A stretch of DNA of 63,738 nucleotides, counting the filler, from Sluysia triapertura (lineage: Eukaryota), in NCBI GenBank assembly GCA_046118255.1. It is 5 parts of 5 records of this genome, joined end to end, with 100 filler letters (N's around TTAATTAATTAA, not from the genome) between each part and the next. Parts side by side here need not be neighbours in the genome. Positions count along the whole stretch, not along the records: positions 23,796 to 39,383 come from JBJNIA010224019.1; positions 39,484 to 50,865 come from JBJNIA010185346.1; 3 more parts are not named here. One strand, given 5' to 3'. A program made the position numbers and the translations under genes. Positions within the stretch are counted from its first letter, which is position 1. Each line of letters begins with the position of its first letter. The notes under the pieces were generated by a model. That model ran no database searches and had not been told where the DNA came from. It was given only the letters and a program-made list of their open reading frames with translations. This document shows, piece after piece, positions 30,331 through 41,369 of the stretch.

Positions 30331-31501
30331 ATTGATTAATTTATATTTATTATTAGTAAATCAATTAACTTTTGTAGCTCATATTTTTCTTTAATTTAAA
30401 TATTTTTTAATAATAATTTATTCAATCAATCATAAATATTTAAATATTAGCATTCATTAAAGTATTCTAAACATTCGTTTTGATTCAGGTATTTTCTGGT
30501 TCACCATGATTTATCAAATAAACATTTCATTGACGCGTATCCAACATTCAAATCATTAATCAAACATTCGACACGTTCATTTTATTTTATTTGAAGAAAT
30601 ATTTACGTTCATACGTAATAAAATATTTACATAATTTAATAAATCTGAAAATCGTCTTACAATTTATTAATTTTTTTACTGATTTATTAATTAGTTTTTC
30701 AAGAAAATCATTAAATATTGTACACACTATTATTGAAAATATTGGAATATTGTAAATAAAGTTAAATAAATAAATATTAAATTATTTTTTAAAATTGTTT
30801 ATAAATTTCAAGTCATAAAATAAATTAGAAAATTGTAAAATATTCTTAATATTTACAATAATTTATTAGATATTTATTGTATATTTATTATATGTTTTAT
30901 TAAAAATTTACATCGTTCACGTAATAAAAATCAAATTAAATCATTTAAAAATTATTCCACTATGATGAATATCGAAAACAAAAACATATAAAAGAACACT
31001 CAAAGAAAATAACAACCGAAAATAGATTTTTCAAATCTACCTAAGGAAATTTTTAAATCTTTGATTCGACAACAAATTATCTCAAGAAATTTCAAAGAAA
31101 ACAGTTAAATTGTTTAAAGAAAATTTGGAAAATGATTCGGATCCAGTGTTATCTTTATCAAAGATTGATACTTATTGTGGAGAATCTATATTATAATAAT
31201 TCATTTATGTAAAGTAAGATAATTGTAGGTTTTTTTTATTGCTGTAACAGTTAGCATTAAAATTGTGACTTAAAATCTTTAAAGTTTTTGAAATCCAAGT
31301 ATTAAGCCTGGATTAAAATATTACTAAATTACCATTTAATTAAAGAAGTCATTTCTTTATTTTCAATTATATATTTCATTATACATTTCATTTGTCATTG
31401 ATTAACGTTTTTTGTAGTTAATAAATTCTTTTTGTATTATTTTGGTTAATTACTTTGATAATTTCAAAAGAATTAAAGAGAACCACCTGAGTTAAACGAT
31501 T

Positions 31502-32450
31502 TGTTAGAAAAATATAAATAAATTAACTATAACATAAAGCACCGTTACTATAAGTTGTTGAGTAGACAAAATAAGGACAAGAAATATAATAAATATATAA
31601 TTCTCTTAATTATTTCCAAGAGTAGAGAAACACTTATACGTAGAAATTTCTGTAGATACGTCCACTTTACTTTGTAAATCGTATACTACAGATGAACCTG
31701 TTTTAAAATTTATAATTGTTAGGTAAAAAGTGGGAAAATAACCAGCAATTATTTGGCGGCCGAATTGGGACATACTGACATTAAGTAACTAAACGTTTAA
31801 GCTAAGAATAAATAATAGAACTTAAGTGTTTAAGTTTTAAAATATTTTGTGAATTTAATAATTGCATTTCGTTTTTAGGTTTGACATAACCTTTTAAGAA
31901 ATTGATAAAGAAAATAGAAGTGGGCTAAGTAGAATTAATTCTTTAGAAAATATTAAGATTAAAACTAAGAAAAATATGGAAGAAACAGTTGAAGACTTAA
32001 GGGATTGCATAAGATAGCTCTCTGTTAATATGAAACCTGCAGTTATTCTTCCGGAAATGAGGAAGACATGTGCGATTTTCTTTTTGAATTTGACAGCGTC
32101 ACAGAATCCAACGGCTGGTCAGAAATAGAGAAGATTAAAAGAATTAAGAATTATTTGACAGGAGTTATTATTCGCGATACAAAGGTACAAAGATATAGAA
32201 CAAGAGAAAAAGAAAGATTGGACTACCTTTTTAAATGCCTTCATAGAAGAAATAGCTTTAGATAACATAGGCAAATATTACCTTAAAATGTTAAATATTA
32301 GGAAACAAAAAAGCAACGAAACGGTATCGAATTCACATGTGCGTTAAAATGTTTAGTAGTTAGAGCTAACGAAAAGAAAGAAGCAACATTAATAGACAAA
32401 TTTTAAAATGGTTTAAGACCTGAATTGCAGATGTTTGTAAGCTTAATAGA
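31502..32450 (+). mobile_element. Gypsy LTR-retrotransposon remnant: probable 5' LTR, tRNA-Lys-like PBS, degenerate gag
   Basis: TGTTAG start at 31502; PBS-like TGGCGGCCGAATTGGGAC at 31754-31771 (15/18 to the tRNA-Lys PBS TGGCGCCCGAACAGGGAC); gag DFLFEFDSVTESNGWSEIEKIKRIKNYLTG, KQKSNETV, LIDKF*NGLRPELQ. Confidence 0.75.
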
Positions 32451-34441
32451 TAATTCACCGTTTAAAGTAGTAAAGAAATATCCCTATGGGAGTAGGGGCT
32501 TTCTTTTCTTTATTGCTTTTAGATTTTAACATTTTAATAGACGATCGGTCTAAGTTTAATGTAACGTTTTCTCTAATACGTGATGGTTTACTATTATAAC
32601 ATACGTGCTTAAGGCACTTGAAATATTTTAGATTATAAGTTTGAAAATAAAAGTCAATATAAAAACACATTGAAATTTTATTAACACTACTTTTAAGCGT
32701 ATCCACAATTAGTTTATTACGACATAAATTTTTAACTAAATAAACATTCTTACGTGAAAAGTTATCGACTAGACAATCATGTTGAAGTAATAAAAAAGTC
32801 ATCAAATGTTTATAAAATATAAAAATTAGAAGGCCACGAGATCTCATAACAGTTCTTCTTCTTTCGAATCCGTCTTCTTGATAGTTTGATTCCGCCAATG
32901 ATGCACCAGCTGCCTGTTCGGTTCTGCCACCAGTATCGTAGGGTTCTAACAATTCAGTCCGTTTACGCGTATCTTCGTTAATAGAGGATCTGTTCAGCGA
33001 TCACTTCGGTTATGTAAGCATCTTATTTACTGACATTTACTTCGTGGTAATGAGCATTGTTACGTTTGATTTTATAATCATTATCTTTGTAGTGCTTAAC
33101 ATCGTTATCGTCTTTATATTCTTCGACATTATAATCATCATCTTTATATTGTTTAGCATCATCATTACCATCTTTGTATATAAAAGTCAAAAATGATTTA
33201 TAATATAGAAACTGGAAAGTTTCTTTTGAGACTTCTGTCGGTGTTAATTAATATTGATTGAAAATATTTACAATTAAGTCAGTATTGGTTAACTACTTTT
33301 CACCAAGTTGAGCCCTATCCAAGTTGGTTTTGTTGGCGGCAGTTAATTCATAACATTTCACTAAATTTTAATTCACGTACTCTTAGTTTCGGCGAGTTCA
33401 GTCACATTGATGGTTGAATGTCATCATTTAGCTTTAGCATACGATTGTTTAAATTTTATCATAATCTGAGTTTGCTTTATTATTATTATTATTATGACTA
33501 TGACAATATTAATTTAATTTAATTTTTATCATACAATTTTTATTTATGTTTTTCTCTATCATAAAGTGGTTTAAATAATTCATTAATTAAATCTGTTTTT
33601 CATCATTAGATAGTGGAATTTCATTTTCAATCTAATTCAAATAAATATTTGTCATTGTTAATGTACAAATGAAAAATTTATTTCGAAAATTCGTGTTACA
33701 TTGTGACAATGAATTAATGATATCTAATTCTTTGCCCTTGTAGAATTTAAATCCAGGGGCTTTTTTAAGCAATACACTTTTGAATATTGTAGCAATTGGA
33801 ACACTAATAAAATTTTGTTCGTGTGTTCCTAAGTACTTCCTTAGGACGGTTATCAGACGCTTTATCGTTGTACTGTATGAACATTAGGTAATTCGATTTT
33901 TTATAATTGATATCCTTTTAATTTTTTTAAATTAATTTTATTTGGGCACTCAGGACAATGCGCTTCATTCAGTGAAATGTGAATTTGCACTGATGTAGCC
34001 ACTTCGCATTTGATTGGTTTGTCAAACTAATTTTGACTAAAATCCATAATATCATTAAGGCCTAGATCAGGCCATTTCTAATTAGAGATAATATTCCAAC
34101 AATGCTATTAAGACATGAATTGAGCCACCACAATTGTAAACTAGATTTGTTTCCTTTTCTGTGTTTATGATCATATCATATAATTTACCTCATACTCAGT
34201 GAACATTTCTTGTTTCAAGCAACTTTAAAATAAATCTAATATTATTTATTATGTCCTTGAATTCGCATAGAGATATTTTGATTTCTTCCAAGATCATTTC
34301 TGATTCGAAACACAATATTAATTTGTTTTGGGCTTAGCCGTAATTTCTTTGCTTGTTATATATTTTGAGGTAATTCCCATTAAATAAATAAATTATTATT
34401 TAGAATGAAACTTTATACGCTTATGTTAAATATTAATTTAG

Positions 34442-34729
34442 AAACGATGAAATTGATCAACAAAATGATAGTCGAATGAATTTTTATGATAATCAAGAAA
34501 AAAGACCACCATTCCGAGGTTCTAGGGGTGGTTTTCGTAGAGGTACAGGGAATTTTCGACGCGGTAATCGAGGAGGTCGACGTGGCCGCGGAAGTTTTAG
34601 AAGAGACGGCGAAGGGCAAGACAATTTACAGTAAGTTTTAGTATAATTAAACAAAAATTTAATATATTTCAGACCTAATGCAGGATTTAACGATGGTAGT
34701 TCAAAAGGGCCAACAGATTTTGATAATGG
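34442..34729 (+). CDS. Two orphan exons encoding an RGG/RG-rich segment of a putative RNA-binding protein
   Basis: Exon 34442-34630 (NDEIDQQ...RPPFRGSRGGFRRGTGNFRRGNRGGRRGRGSFRRDGEGQDNL), 42-nt GT-AG intron, exon 34673-34729 (PNAGFNDGSSKGPTDFDNG) in frame; flanking exons not identified. Confidence 0.6.
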
Positions 34730-35896
34730 GTTGGATAATAAATTTTTGATTTAATGCATTTCTAATTATATATACAAATCTTGTTCAAAGTTCATAAAAA
34801 CTAAACATGCTTATTTTTAAATAAACAATAATATGAAATTATGATTTTATGAAATTTAATATATTCATTATTCAAAAAACAAATTAAAAGAGAATCTTTT
34901 AGAAAATTCAATAATTTTCAAGGATCCAATTTTTATTATAAGATAAACAAAAATATAAATCTTAGTATAAAATCAGTTTCTTTGCATCATTTAGTCGCAT
35001 GACGATTAATTCTTGAATTGTATGCACACATTTTTAACTTGGACATGCATATACTCGACTCTTTTGTCATTTCATTCTTAAAATTTTTGAAACAAATTCA
35101 TTGAAAATTTAGAATATATTTTGTCGAATTTTAAAGAATTTTCTTTGACAGAATGCAAGTATTTTCTTGCTTAAAATTTTTGGTAATTTAAAATAACAAC
35201 AATTAAAATGTGATATATTTCATATTACGAACGAAAAATTTTATTAAGGTAATCAATTTTTTATAATAACGAAATCTTATATTTCGAATTCCGGTTTTTT
35301 ATCGTCCATCCTGTATGAATCTTGTAAATCATAAATCTTATAAATTATCTACTGTATGATATATCTAAATTAAAATAAAAAATTTCAATTATTAATTTTT
35401 AATTATCAATAGTTGGAATTTCACAAATTTTAATGTAGGCGTGATATTAATTGCTACAATTTAAGAAGTACAAATGCGTAAGATATGTAAAGTATGCACA
35501 CAAAATAAAATAAAAAGTGAATTTAATAAAATTTAACAGTTGGCCAAAGTTTTGATTTTAAAATGTTCATTTTAATTTCTAATAACAGTTTCATGATTTA
35601 TGGCTTATTTATCTTTGATGTAGTCCTATAAATATATGTTGTCCGCAAGATTTGCATAATATTAAGAATGGTGAGCTAAAATAATGTTTTATTTATTTTT
35701 AATAAGTTTTAATTCAAAGTAATAACAAAAACAATTGATTGATAATGCACCGTTTTTTGTTTCAACTTAGACATCAGGAAATTATTTTTTATGTATGGCG
35801 GAATATTAGATATAGAAATATTTCAAAAACTATTTACTTTTCTCGAATAATAATAATAATATATTAATTTATCTACTGCGTAAGTACTCAAAGTGC

Positions 35897-36262
35897 TTAA
35901 GGTAAATCATTCACTATGATATTTCTGAAACAGAAAGAACTTTGCTTTTTTCTTAAATATTTCATAATCTTCCAGTAATTTGACTGGTTGTATATTTTTG
36001 AGACATAAACGGTATACAACCTATCACCTAGCTTGTTATCACTGTGGATTCTGCATAGATTATCATGCCTCAATGAAATATTCATCTTGGTTTCCAATTT
36101 TCGTATTATTTCTAAAAGATATTCAAGACTTCCGTAATTCATGCATTTGTAAAATATTGTCATGATTTTAAATTCTATTCTTGCTTTTATTGGCAACCAA
36201 TATAATTCTCTAAGATAAGGTGTTACATGAGATGTTTTTCCAACTTGGAGAATTACTCTTGG
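35897..36262 (-). mobile_element. CR1/L2-type LINE 3' fragment
   Basis: RVILQVGKTSHVTPYLRELYWLPIKARIEFKI matches the HxTPxLxxLHWLPxxxRIxFK motif. Confidence 0.8.
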
Positions 36263-36479
36263 AGAATATTTTATTTAGTTATAACACCAACCACCTGCAA
36301 TATTAAGTATTAATAAAATTTGGTTAAGCAGTCCATACTTAATAGGGTATAAAATCACTAGCTACTCAGTTTAGAGAATGTTTTTTTATTTAAGTGTATG
36401 AAATGATTTTATTATCTAAGTTTGAGTATGTACTGCATTTATTTTCGAATTATGTACATACAGTTTGATTTTGCAAATC

Positions 36480-36760
36480 TCTCATTTTAACTAAAACTTC
36501 TTCCAGAAACTTGAACACTTCTATAAACGGAACATTGAACGTTTTTCAGTTTTGGGAGTCCTATTGTAATTCGTTTTATGATGCTAGTATTAGTTTATGC
36601 AGAAATAATTATTCTATTTTAAATAATTCTGTTCAGAAAATGCATGGTATAATTCATAAAGTATTTACAAACATAATTGAAAATTTCTAAAATATAGGTG
36701 TTGATGCAATTTTTAATGCAGAATAGTTCACATAATTTGAAGAATTACTCGCAACTATAA
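36480..36760 (+). mobile_element. Possible BEL/Pao gag (DUF1759-like) remnant
   Basis: KLLPE...NGTLNVFQFWESYCNSFYD resembles LPxxxLxxFxGxxxxWxxFW; highly degenerate. Confidence 0.35.
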
Positions 36761-36854
36761 AATAACAAAAAGCTACTTTAATTTAAATGCTTTAATTAAT
36801 CAAATATCTTGAAAATGTGTTACCTTGATTTTATAATTATTAAACTATACTCAC

Positions 36855-37951
36855 CTCAGTTTTATCACACTTTCGTAAATTCTTAATTTCGGCTGCAGGA
36901 TTTATTTTACTGTAATTCGTTCCCTAAAATATCACTTAAATCAACATGATAAAAAGTAGCACAGAATTTATTTAAAAACAATTACATATTCACATCAAGT
37001 AAATTATTGCATTGTAATTTGAATTTAAATTTTGTAATCAAAAACTAACAACTTTTGTGGGTGTTTCAGGTTTTGAATTACATACTACCGCATTAAAAGG
37101 CTTTTCTTTATCTTCAGGTGCAAGAGGCTATACGTGTTATGTTTAAAAGAATAATATTTACTTTGCTCGATATAATTTCCATAAATGAAGCTCTATTTCT
37201 AGAAATTTCAGAGAGTTCCTGTCATTTTTAAATTGATAATATATATATATATATAAAGTACTTGTTGCCGAGCTATTCTAGTAGAATTAGGATTATTGCA
37301 TTCACCTTTAACTACATTAGTTCTTTCGTACTAAAATTCATAGGTCAACAAATAAAAAACTACTGTTTTCTTAGATTCATTGTGATAACTATAATTTGAT
37401 CCTGACGCTGAAGCAACCTTCAGCATGATTTCTTTTAAATCTAAATCTTGTTCACTTCTTGCAGTTATTGTTACATGAAGTGGCTACATTTACTATGATA
37501 GTAAAAAATTCTTACTCTACATAAGGATTGAATTTTTGATGAATGCTGTACCGATGCGGTTTTAAAACTATGATCAGCACCAGATCCTTGCTAAAAATAA
37601 AAAGGAAATAACAATTTTTAATTTTTACCCAATGGATAAATAAGTTTTTCTTCAATTTGGTATTTGGATCTGTCACGGATGCAAATCCGTACATTACTTT
37701 ACTACCGTGAAATTCTTCAAACATATCTTCAAGAGAATCATCTAATTATAATGAAAATATAATTGCATTTTGAGATTACCTCCTGTTTCAATAATATCAA
37801 TTGTACAATCATGGCTGTAACCTAAAATGACCCTTTTAAAATAAATTCAGATTAATTATATAACACATTCAAACCATGAAAATTGGCCATTAAATAATGA
37901 ATTTAAAGCGTCTCGAATTTTATTGCCATTAGTATTTAAATCAAGATCCAT
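36855..37951 (-). CDS. DBNL: Drebrin-like/Abp1 actin-binding protein (ADF-H domain), 5' portion
   Basis: Exons 37951-37875, 37832-37780, 37741-37629, 37590-37516, 37483-37364, further small exons, then 36923-36855. Translation MDLDLNTNG...WVILGY...EEFHGSKVMYGFASVTDPNTKLKKNLFIHWQGSGA...HVTITARSEQDLD..IMLKVASASGSNYSYH...GTNYSKINPAAEIK. Confidence 0.85.
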
Positions 37952-38646
37952 AGTTAAATGTCAAATACAGAACTAAAAATGGAAAACATATGAATAAGTA
38001 AATTTCAAAAGACAAAAATAATTAAAATTACATTTCAAATAAATAATTTTGAAAATTATTATGCGCAATTAATATACCAAATTTCTAAAAATTTAAAAAC
38101 CTACAAATATTTATGCAGACATGTACACTTACATTGTATAGATATTATTTCTTATTATTAATACTTTAGCTATTAATTTAAATAACATTATTATTTTTAT
38201 TATTATAAAATTTTTATTATTAAATCTAGTTTACTAAAATTAAATTGAATACGAATTTTTCCTATTATACATTATTAAAACATTGATATTGTATAAATTA
38301 CAAAAATGATTAAAAATTTTCAGATAAAGGAATGTATTAGGTTCTTCAAAGATATATATTTATTAATACAATTAATATAATTTTTCAATTAAAAAGAATC
38401 TCACACAAAACGCCTTACCAATTACAGCAATAATATTATTAAACTTGGTGATGATATATAAATGCTCCATTATGGAAGTCCTCATGAATATCTTTTGGAG
38501 ATATTAAAAATGAAGAAACTAAACTCAGTATGGAATATTAATTTATTTCATTGTCTTATAACCATAGAAAATTATATGCACGTGTGGTCGAACTAATGAA
38601 ATTGGTGGGTATTTCAAAAAATCTACCAATAAATATTTAATGATAT

Positions 38647-38802
38647 TGTTAGACTTCATAAAATGGACTGTCCGGGGATCGAACTCGAGACCATCGCTGC
38701 GCAGTTCGAATGCTCTAGCAGTGGGCTATCAGCCCCGTCTAACAATTTTTAGGTTAGAATAGTCAACCATATTAAGTAGCACCTCAAGCCTATATCCCAA
38801 CA
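38647..38802 (-). mobile_element. tRNA-carrying TGT...ACA element, copy 3, 4-bp TSD ATAT
   Basis: Minus strand TGTTGGGATATAGGC...TGTTAGACGGGGCTGATAGCCCACTGCTAGAGCATTCGAACTGCGCAG...GAGTTCGATCCCCGGACAGTCCATTTTATGAAGTCTAACA; ATAT at 38643-38646 and 38803-38806. Confidence 0.8.
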
Positions 38803-38899
38803 ATATAATGAGTCCACCTGCGATCATAGTTCTTAGGATTTTAAATAAGCAATATAAAGGAACTTAATGGACGTCGATAACAATAATTTTCAATTTGGT

Positions 38900-39383
38900 T
38901 TAAGTGTTGCGATTGCCTAGTTGTAGATCAGAAGATGAATGTGAAACATGTAGAATTATTATATGAAAGAAAAAACTGATAAAAAGTGTAAAATATTTGA
39001 GAAATAAAGTCATTGTTATTGGTATGAAGAACAAATCTAGTATAGTAATAATTAACATGGAGAAGTAGAAAAAGGAATCAGAGAGATGAAGGTGATAACA
39101 TCTAGAGCCTCATGAATGCCTTACAAACTACTGAATAAATTTAGAGTCTTAATAAACCCTTTAAACAGAAAATAAGATGAAGTCTAAAAATAGATTAATT
39201 AATTAAAATCTTAATTAACTTAATTAAGAAAAAGTGCGTTTTTGTGAATAACTTTTGAATGCGGAATGCTATGTTGAATTTGAAACTGTGTGTGTATTTG
39301 TTTTGGAAAGACCTTTCGATGAAGGTATGGTTTGACCGAGTTCATGCAAGGAAAGCCTTAATATTGAGCAAAGTCAAATTTTA
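38900..39383 (-). mobile_element. Penelope-like element remnant (GIY-YIG endonuclease region plus adjacent repeat)
   Basis: LGQTI...SAFK remnant (cf. YIGQT...SA..H). 39055-39340 is homologous to 46905-47160; 38920-39040 is homologous to ~5915-6060. Confidence 0.55.
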
Positions 39384-39483
39384 NNNNNNNNNNNNNNNNN
39401 NNNNNNNNNNNNNNNNNNNNNNNNNNNTTAATTAATTAANNNNNNNNNNNNNNNNNNNNNNNNNNNNNNNNNNNNNNNNNNNN
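39384..39483. other. Artificial contig spacer
   Basis: N44-TTAATTAATTAA-N44. Confidence 0.97.
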
Positions 39484-40585
39484 ATTAATGAAAACAGACA
39501 GATATTCTTATAACTATAGGGTTAACAATGAAATATTTACGTTACAAGTTAATGTAAATTGAAAAATAGAAATTTGAATTGATTTCGAAATTTACAAATT
39601 GAAGGTTAAGTGATATTTTAAATCTGAATTAAGCTCAGATACGAACTTATTAAAGTAAACTAATGCCTAACTCTTAGACAATCTGTGTTTTAAATATTAG
39701 TCAATTCGACAAAATTGCGATCCCATAACTATGTCGCAATAAAATTGAGAAATCTTAGTAGTCAAAATTCAAATTCGGAAATAAATTTGTAGATTAAGTA
39801 AAATTTAATAAATAAATTGTTTAAAATAAATATATTAAGTTTCCAGTGCGCATTGTAAGTGTATGTAGTACTCTCCATTTTATTATACAACAGTGTACCT
39901 TTTGAGTATTTTATTTTAGTGAATACAAAGTACTATTTATCAAAGTACTCTTTATGTCACTGAAAAAATTCTGGCTACAAAGCCTCATTAAAATTATTAT
40001 TATAGTTACTTTTGTTATCTTTATTATTATTTTTCTGTTATGCAATTTAGAATCATTATTTTTTATTAAAAAAACATTATTTTTATTATCTTCTTAAATA
40101 TTATCATTATTATAATATTTATTATAATAATATTATAATATTATAATTATTATTATTAGACGTTTTTAAGATTTTTGCATGTTAATGTTAATGCCTTAAA
40201 AATTAAACGGAAAATTCTTAAACGCATTTACTTCGAAGCTTAGACTTTCATATGCAAGTAAAACTTAACCAATTTAAACTAACTGTGATTTATAAACATT
40301 CTCTTGGAAAAGTATGCTTTTCAACGTAGTTTGATTATTTTATACAAAGTAAATTGAATCGTTATGTTATTGATTAAACGTTATTTATCCACAAAATTTC
40401 AAATTTTATTTATTGTTGTCTAAGTTTTTTTAAAACTATTGTAAGCATAAAATATAATTCTTGAAAACTCATGCTTTTATAGTAATGTTGTTAATGATTC
40501 AGTATTTATATGCTATTTTTTATTTGTAGGCAGTGGTAGCATGCCGTTCATAATAATAAATCTGGAATTATAAATATTGATTATT

Positions 40586-40737
40586 TGTTGTGATACAGGC
40601 TAAAGTGACAATTAGAATAACGATAGTATTATACAATAGAATAAAATTGTTAGACGGGCAAAGCATCGAACTGCACAACTGTGAAGTAAGAGGGCTCGGA
40701 TTCAAATCCCGGCCAGTCCATTTAATGAAGTCTAACA
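40586..40737 (+). mobile_element. tRNA-carrying TGT...ACA element, copy 4 (A box deleted)
   Basis: TGTTGTGATACAGGC...TGTTAGACGGGC...AGCATCGAACTGCAC...GGATTCAAATCCCGGCCAGTCCATTTAATGAAGTCTAACA; no TSD. Confidence 0.7.
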
Positions 40738-41369
40738 GACTGACTAGTGATATGTTTTAGCTTATTTATTAATTTAAGGCTTACAAGTGTAAATTTTTAT
40801 TATAAACATTAAGTAATTAAACAATTATACTTAGATTCAATTAATGTAAATATGTACCAAAATTATATTAAAAGCATAATATGACAAAGACAAATGACCA
40901 ATGTTTAAAAATATTATTAGGATAGTATATAAACCAAGAAACATTAAACATAATTTATTTTAAGCTGCTCAATATTCTAGAAATCTAAAAGGATTAAAAC
41001 TTAAAAAGTATTTACACATATGTTGTCAATAAAATTTATCTAAAATTATAAAATCTTTAATCATATTTAAAAATACAAAAAAGCAAAACATTAATATTAA
41101 AGTGAAAGTAACTCAGCTTAAAAACCAAATTTTGCAAAAAATTTTAAATGAATGAGTAATTATATAAATTAGTAACTTCAGATTAAATAAAAAATAATTA
41201 AATGTACTCTTCAATACATACTACTTCAACGAAATATATCACATAAATATCTTATTTTATTTTTAAAATAATGTACATTGTATTGTATGTATTAAAAATA
41301 AATTTTTTTATAACTTTGTTTTTATAAGTGTTGTTTTTTTTTCTGAAATCCATTTTTAAAATTTTCAAA

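Noticed and set aside
38929-38952. Minimal hammerhead ribozyme (CAGAAGA...GAAACATGTA) near the Penelope remnant
   Set aside because: The core is mutated, stems I and II do not pair, and it is on the strand opposite the GIY-YIG remnant.
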